A stretch of DNA of 64,000 nt from Antedon mediterranea. Lineage: Eukaryota > Animalia > Echinodermata. The notes below the pieces were generated by a model. It was not told where the DNA came from. It searched no databases and saw only the letters and a list, made by a program, of their open reading frames with translations. Where the stretch lies: the NCBI RefSeq assembly GCF_964355755.1, contig NC_092671.1, positions 15,066,001-15,130,000 of the forward strand, given 5' to 3'. Positions within the stretch are counted from its first letter, which is position 1, and every line of letters starts with the position of its first letter. This document shows, one piece after another, positions 61,701 to 64,000 of the stretch. The position numbers and the translations under genes were made by a program.

Positions 61701-64000
61701 TTTACTGCCAATAATCAGATAGTCAATCTCAATTAAGTATGTAATCCAGTAATTTGTTTATTTTTTAGATAATGATCCCTGCACTTCAAATCCTTGTGGC
61801 ACCAATGGAGACTGCAATTCTGATCAATGCTCATTTACTTGTGCATGTGATCCTTGTTACTCTGGTGCTGCTTGTCAGACATGTAAGTTTACTGACTTAA
61901 CGGTCTTTCAATTCCATTTGAAAACAGTTTGACATCAATGCCAAATAGGTCAACAGACAATAGTTACGCTACAAATAATTTACTGCCAATAACCAGATAG
62001 TCAATCTCAATTAAGTAGCTATTCCAGTAATATGTTTATTTTTCAGATAATGATCCCTGCACTTCAAATCCTTGTGGCACCAATGGAGACTGCAATTCTG
62101 ATCAATGCTCATTTACTTGTGGATGTGATCCTTGTTACTCTGGTGCTGCTTGTCAGACATGTAAGTTTACTGACTTAACAGTCTTTCAATTCCATTTGAA
62201 AACAGTTTAACATCAAAGCCAAATAGGTCAACAGACAGTAGTTACGCTTCAGATAAATTACTGCCAATAACCAGATAGTCAATCTCAATTAAGTAGCTAT
62301 TCCAGTAATTTGTTTTTTATTTTTTAGATAATGATCCCTGCACTTCAAATCCTTGTGGCGCCAATGGAGACTGCAATTCTGATCAATGCTCATTTACTTG
62401 TGCATGTGATCCTTGTTACTCTGGTGCTGCTTGTCAGACATGTAAGTTTACTGACTTAACGGTCCTTCAATTCCATTTGAAAACAGTTTGACATCAATGC
62501 CAAATAGGTCAACAGACAATAGTTACACTTCAGATAACTTACTGCCAATAACCAGATAGTCAATCTCAATTAAGTAGCTATTCCAATATTTTGTTTGTTT
62601 TTCAGATAATGATCCCTGCACTTCAAATCCTTGTGGCACCAATGGAGACTGCAATTCTGATCAATGCTCATTTACTTGTGCATGTGATCCTTGTTACTCT
62701 GGTGCTGCTTGTCAGACATGTAAGTTTACTGACTTAACGGTCCTTCAATTCCATTTGAAAACAGTCTGACATCAAAGCCAAATAGATCAACAGACAATAG
62801 TTATGCTTCAGATAAACTACTTCCAATAACCAGACAGTCAATCTCAATTAAGTAGCTATTCCAGTATTTTTTTTGTTTTTCAGATAATGATCCCTGCACT
62901 TCAAATCCTTGTGGCGCCAATGGAGACTGCAATTCTGATCAATGCTCATTTACTTGTGCATGTGATCCTTGTTACTCTGGTGCTGCTTGTCAGACATGTA
63001 AGTTTACTGACTTAACGGTCTTTCAATTCCATTTGAAAACAGTTTGACATCAATGCCAAATAGGTCAACAGACAATAGTTACGCTACAAATAATTTACTG
63101 CCAATAACCAGATAGTCAATCTCAATTAAGTAGCTATTCCAGTAATATGTTTATTTTTCAGATAATGATCCCTGCACTTCAAATCCTTGTGGCACCAATG
63201 GAGACTGCAATTCTGATCAATGCTCATTTACTTGTGCATGTGATCCTTGTTACTCTGGTGCTGCTTGTCAGACATGTAAGTTTACTGACTTTACGGTCCT
63301 TCAATTCCATTTGAAAACTGTCTTGACATCAAAGCCAAATAGATCAACAGACAATAGTTATGCTTCAGATAAATTACTGCCAATAATCAGATAGTCAATC
63401 TCAATTAAGTATGTAATCCAGTAATTTGTTTATTTTTTAGATAATGATCCCTGCACTTCAAATCCTTGTGGCACCAATGGAGACTGCAATTCTGATCAAT
63501 GCTCATTTACTTGTGCATGTGATCCTTGTTACTCTGGTGCTGCTTGTCAGACATGTAAGTTTACTGACTTAACGGTCCTTCAATTCCATTTGAAAACAGT
63601 CTGACATCAAAGCCAAATAGATCAACAGACAATAGTTATGCTTCAGATAAACTACTTCCAATAATCAGATAGTCAATCTCAATTAAGTAGCTATTCCAAT
63701 ATTTTGTTTGTTTTTCAGATAATGATCCCTGCACTTCAAATCCTTGTGGCACCAATGGAGACTGCAATTCTGATCAATGCTCATTTACTTGTGCATGTGA
63801 TCCTTGTTACTCTGGTGCTGCTTGTCAGACATGTAAGTTTACTGACTTAACGGTCCTTCAATTCCATTTGAAAACCGTTTAACATCAAAGGCAAATAGGT
63901 CAACAGACAATAGTTTCGCTTCAGATAATTTACTGCCAATAATCAGATAGTCAATCTCAATTAAGTATGTAATCCAGTAATTTGTTTATTTTTTAGATAA
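40795..64000 (+). CDS. Large poly-EGF-repeat extracellular protein (fibropellin/Notch-like repeats), at least 42 exons; 5' end unresolved, 3' end outside window
   Basis: One EGF module per phase 1-1 GT-AG exon, all multiples of 3: 40795-40914, 41420-41545, 41768-41893, 42176-42298, 42406-42531, 42712-42834, 43097-43222, 43423-43545, 43726-43857, 44089-44217, 44349-44465, 45417-45542, 45883-46005, 46121-46243, 51607-51729, 52520-52654, 52772-52897, 53689-53802, 54091-54216, 54752-54877, 55083-55196, 55427-55555, 56170-56295, 56643-56777, 57125-57241, 57483-57608, 58508-58633, 59260-59379, 59691-59816, 60343-60471, 60644-60769; then 114-nt exons starting 60934, 61213, 61491, 61769, 62047, 62328, 62606, 62884, 63162, 63441, 63719, and a partial one at 63997. 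Confidence 0.9.
42846..42990 (-). mobile_element. Short retroposed insertion with 11-bp target-site duplication at a splice donor
   Basis: GTAAGTACAAT at 42835-42845 and 42991-43001 flanks a T-rich insert that is absent from the paralogous intron 42299-42405. Confidence 0.65.
44796..45241 (-). mobile_element. Solo LTR
   Basis: TG...CA ends (TGTCAC...ATTACA); 5-bp TSD AACGT at 44791-44795 and 45242-45246; minus-strand TATATAAA and ATTAAA signals. Confidence 0.8.
47815..48400. repeat. Facing arrays of ~15-bp subterminal repeats
   Basis: GACCGACAGACATTT x4 at ~47820-47890 and the inverse AAATGTCCTGTCGAC-like units at ~48270-48400. Confidence 0.6.
48474..48785. mobile_element. TTAA-type (Kolobok-like) MITE, opposite orientation to the copy at 18392
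   Basis: Ends GACAATACATCT|TTAA; body is the reverse complement of 18392-18735. Confidence 0.6.
49916..50960. mobile_element. MITE with CAGG ends and G-run subtermini (hAT-like ends)
   Basis: TIR CAGGCCCATAGCCAGG / CCTGGCTACGGCCCTG; TTCTT on both flanks. Confidence 0.7.
51470..51523 (+). pseudogene. Degenerate EGF pseudo-exon fragment
   Basis: Reads [17 protein letters not shown]; no intact second half or donor. Confidence 0.55.
52060..52330 (-). mobile_element. tRNA-derived SINE with Deu/Nin-type core
   Basis: CCAGGGTAACTCCCTACTC...TTAAAGTGTACAC...TTTATAGTCCTTATCCGAG; homologous to 11225-11395 and 2340-2420. Confidence 0.65.
52950..53467. repeat. Diverged ~270-bp tandem duplication in an intron
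   Basis: CAGTAAAA...GGACAAAGCC...TCTGTTATACAA...AAAGTTGGAACAAAATT...GGTTCCACT occurs twice. Confidence 0.7.
55946..56120. mobile_element. Harbinger-like MITE
   Basis: TIR AGGGTCTTTCA / TGAAAGACCCT with TAA/TTA flanks and an inner GGTCCG...CAAAT inverted repeat. Confidence 0.7.
58160..58208 (-). ncRNA. Minimal type I hammerhead ribozyme
   Basis: Minus strand reads GTCTC-CTGATGA-GTGAGT(TTCACG)ACTCAC-GAAA-CAAGCCTG-TA-GAGAC: 5-bp stem I, 6-bp stem II, short quasi-palindromic stem III, GUA cleavage triplet. Confidence 0.75.
58214..58260 (+). ncRNA. Minimal type I hammerhead ribozyme (stem I shortened to 3 bp)
   Basis: CTC-CTGATGA-GTGAGTTTCACGACTCAC-GAAA-CAAGCCTG-TA-GAG. Confidence 0.65.
60590..64000 (+). 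repeat. ~278-bp tandem array, each unit = one EGF exon + one intron (12 full units, continuing past the window)
   Basis: Unit exon [11 protein letters not shown](A/T)[13 protein letters not shown](A/G)[12 protein letters not shown] with near-identical introns. Confidence 0.95.

Noticed and set aside
60590-64000. Regular repeat array as CRISPR or non-coding satellite
   Set aside because: No unique spacers; every unit has AG/GT splice sites around an in-frame EGF exon.
40795-64000. Calling the EGF gene Notch, Crumbs or fibropellin
   Set aside because: No LNR, laminin-G, CUB or avidin domain in the window; the cysteine pattern and lack of Ca2+-binding consensus differ.

Overview
AT-rich genomic DNA from an intron-containing animal, probably an invertebrate deuterostome such as an echinoderm (inferred from the repeat and gene content). 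All genes are on the + strand. In order: (1) the terminal catalytic part of a heparan sulfate 3-O-sulfotransferase, cut off by the window edge; (2) a multi-exon WS/DGAT-family gene whose HHxxxDG motif reads HPCMTDG; (3) a tandem cluster of three IFIT-like TPR genes, each preceded by a CCAAT / NF-kB / TATA-like module; (4) a large poly-EGF gene with at least 42 phase-1 exons, ending in a ~278-bp exon+intron tandem array that runs off the window. The most interesting signal is IFIT copy 3. It extends past the TPRs into a HEPN-like domain (R-x-x-L-N ... QP ... WL ... N-x-x-K-H), completed by an in-frame spliced last exon but interrupted by one TAG. This suggests an RNA sensor fused to an RNase effector, next to two sensor-only paralogues. 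The EGF protein shows a perfectly obeyed extra-cysteine pairing rule between neighbouring domains. One of its introns carries an inverted pair of Penelope-type hammerhead ribozymes. Intergenic and intronic DNA is full of nested MITEs, SINEs, Helentron-like elements and a solo LTR. All family assignments are from motifs read by eye; no database search was run.
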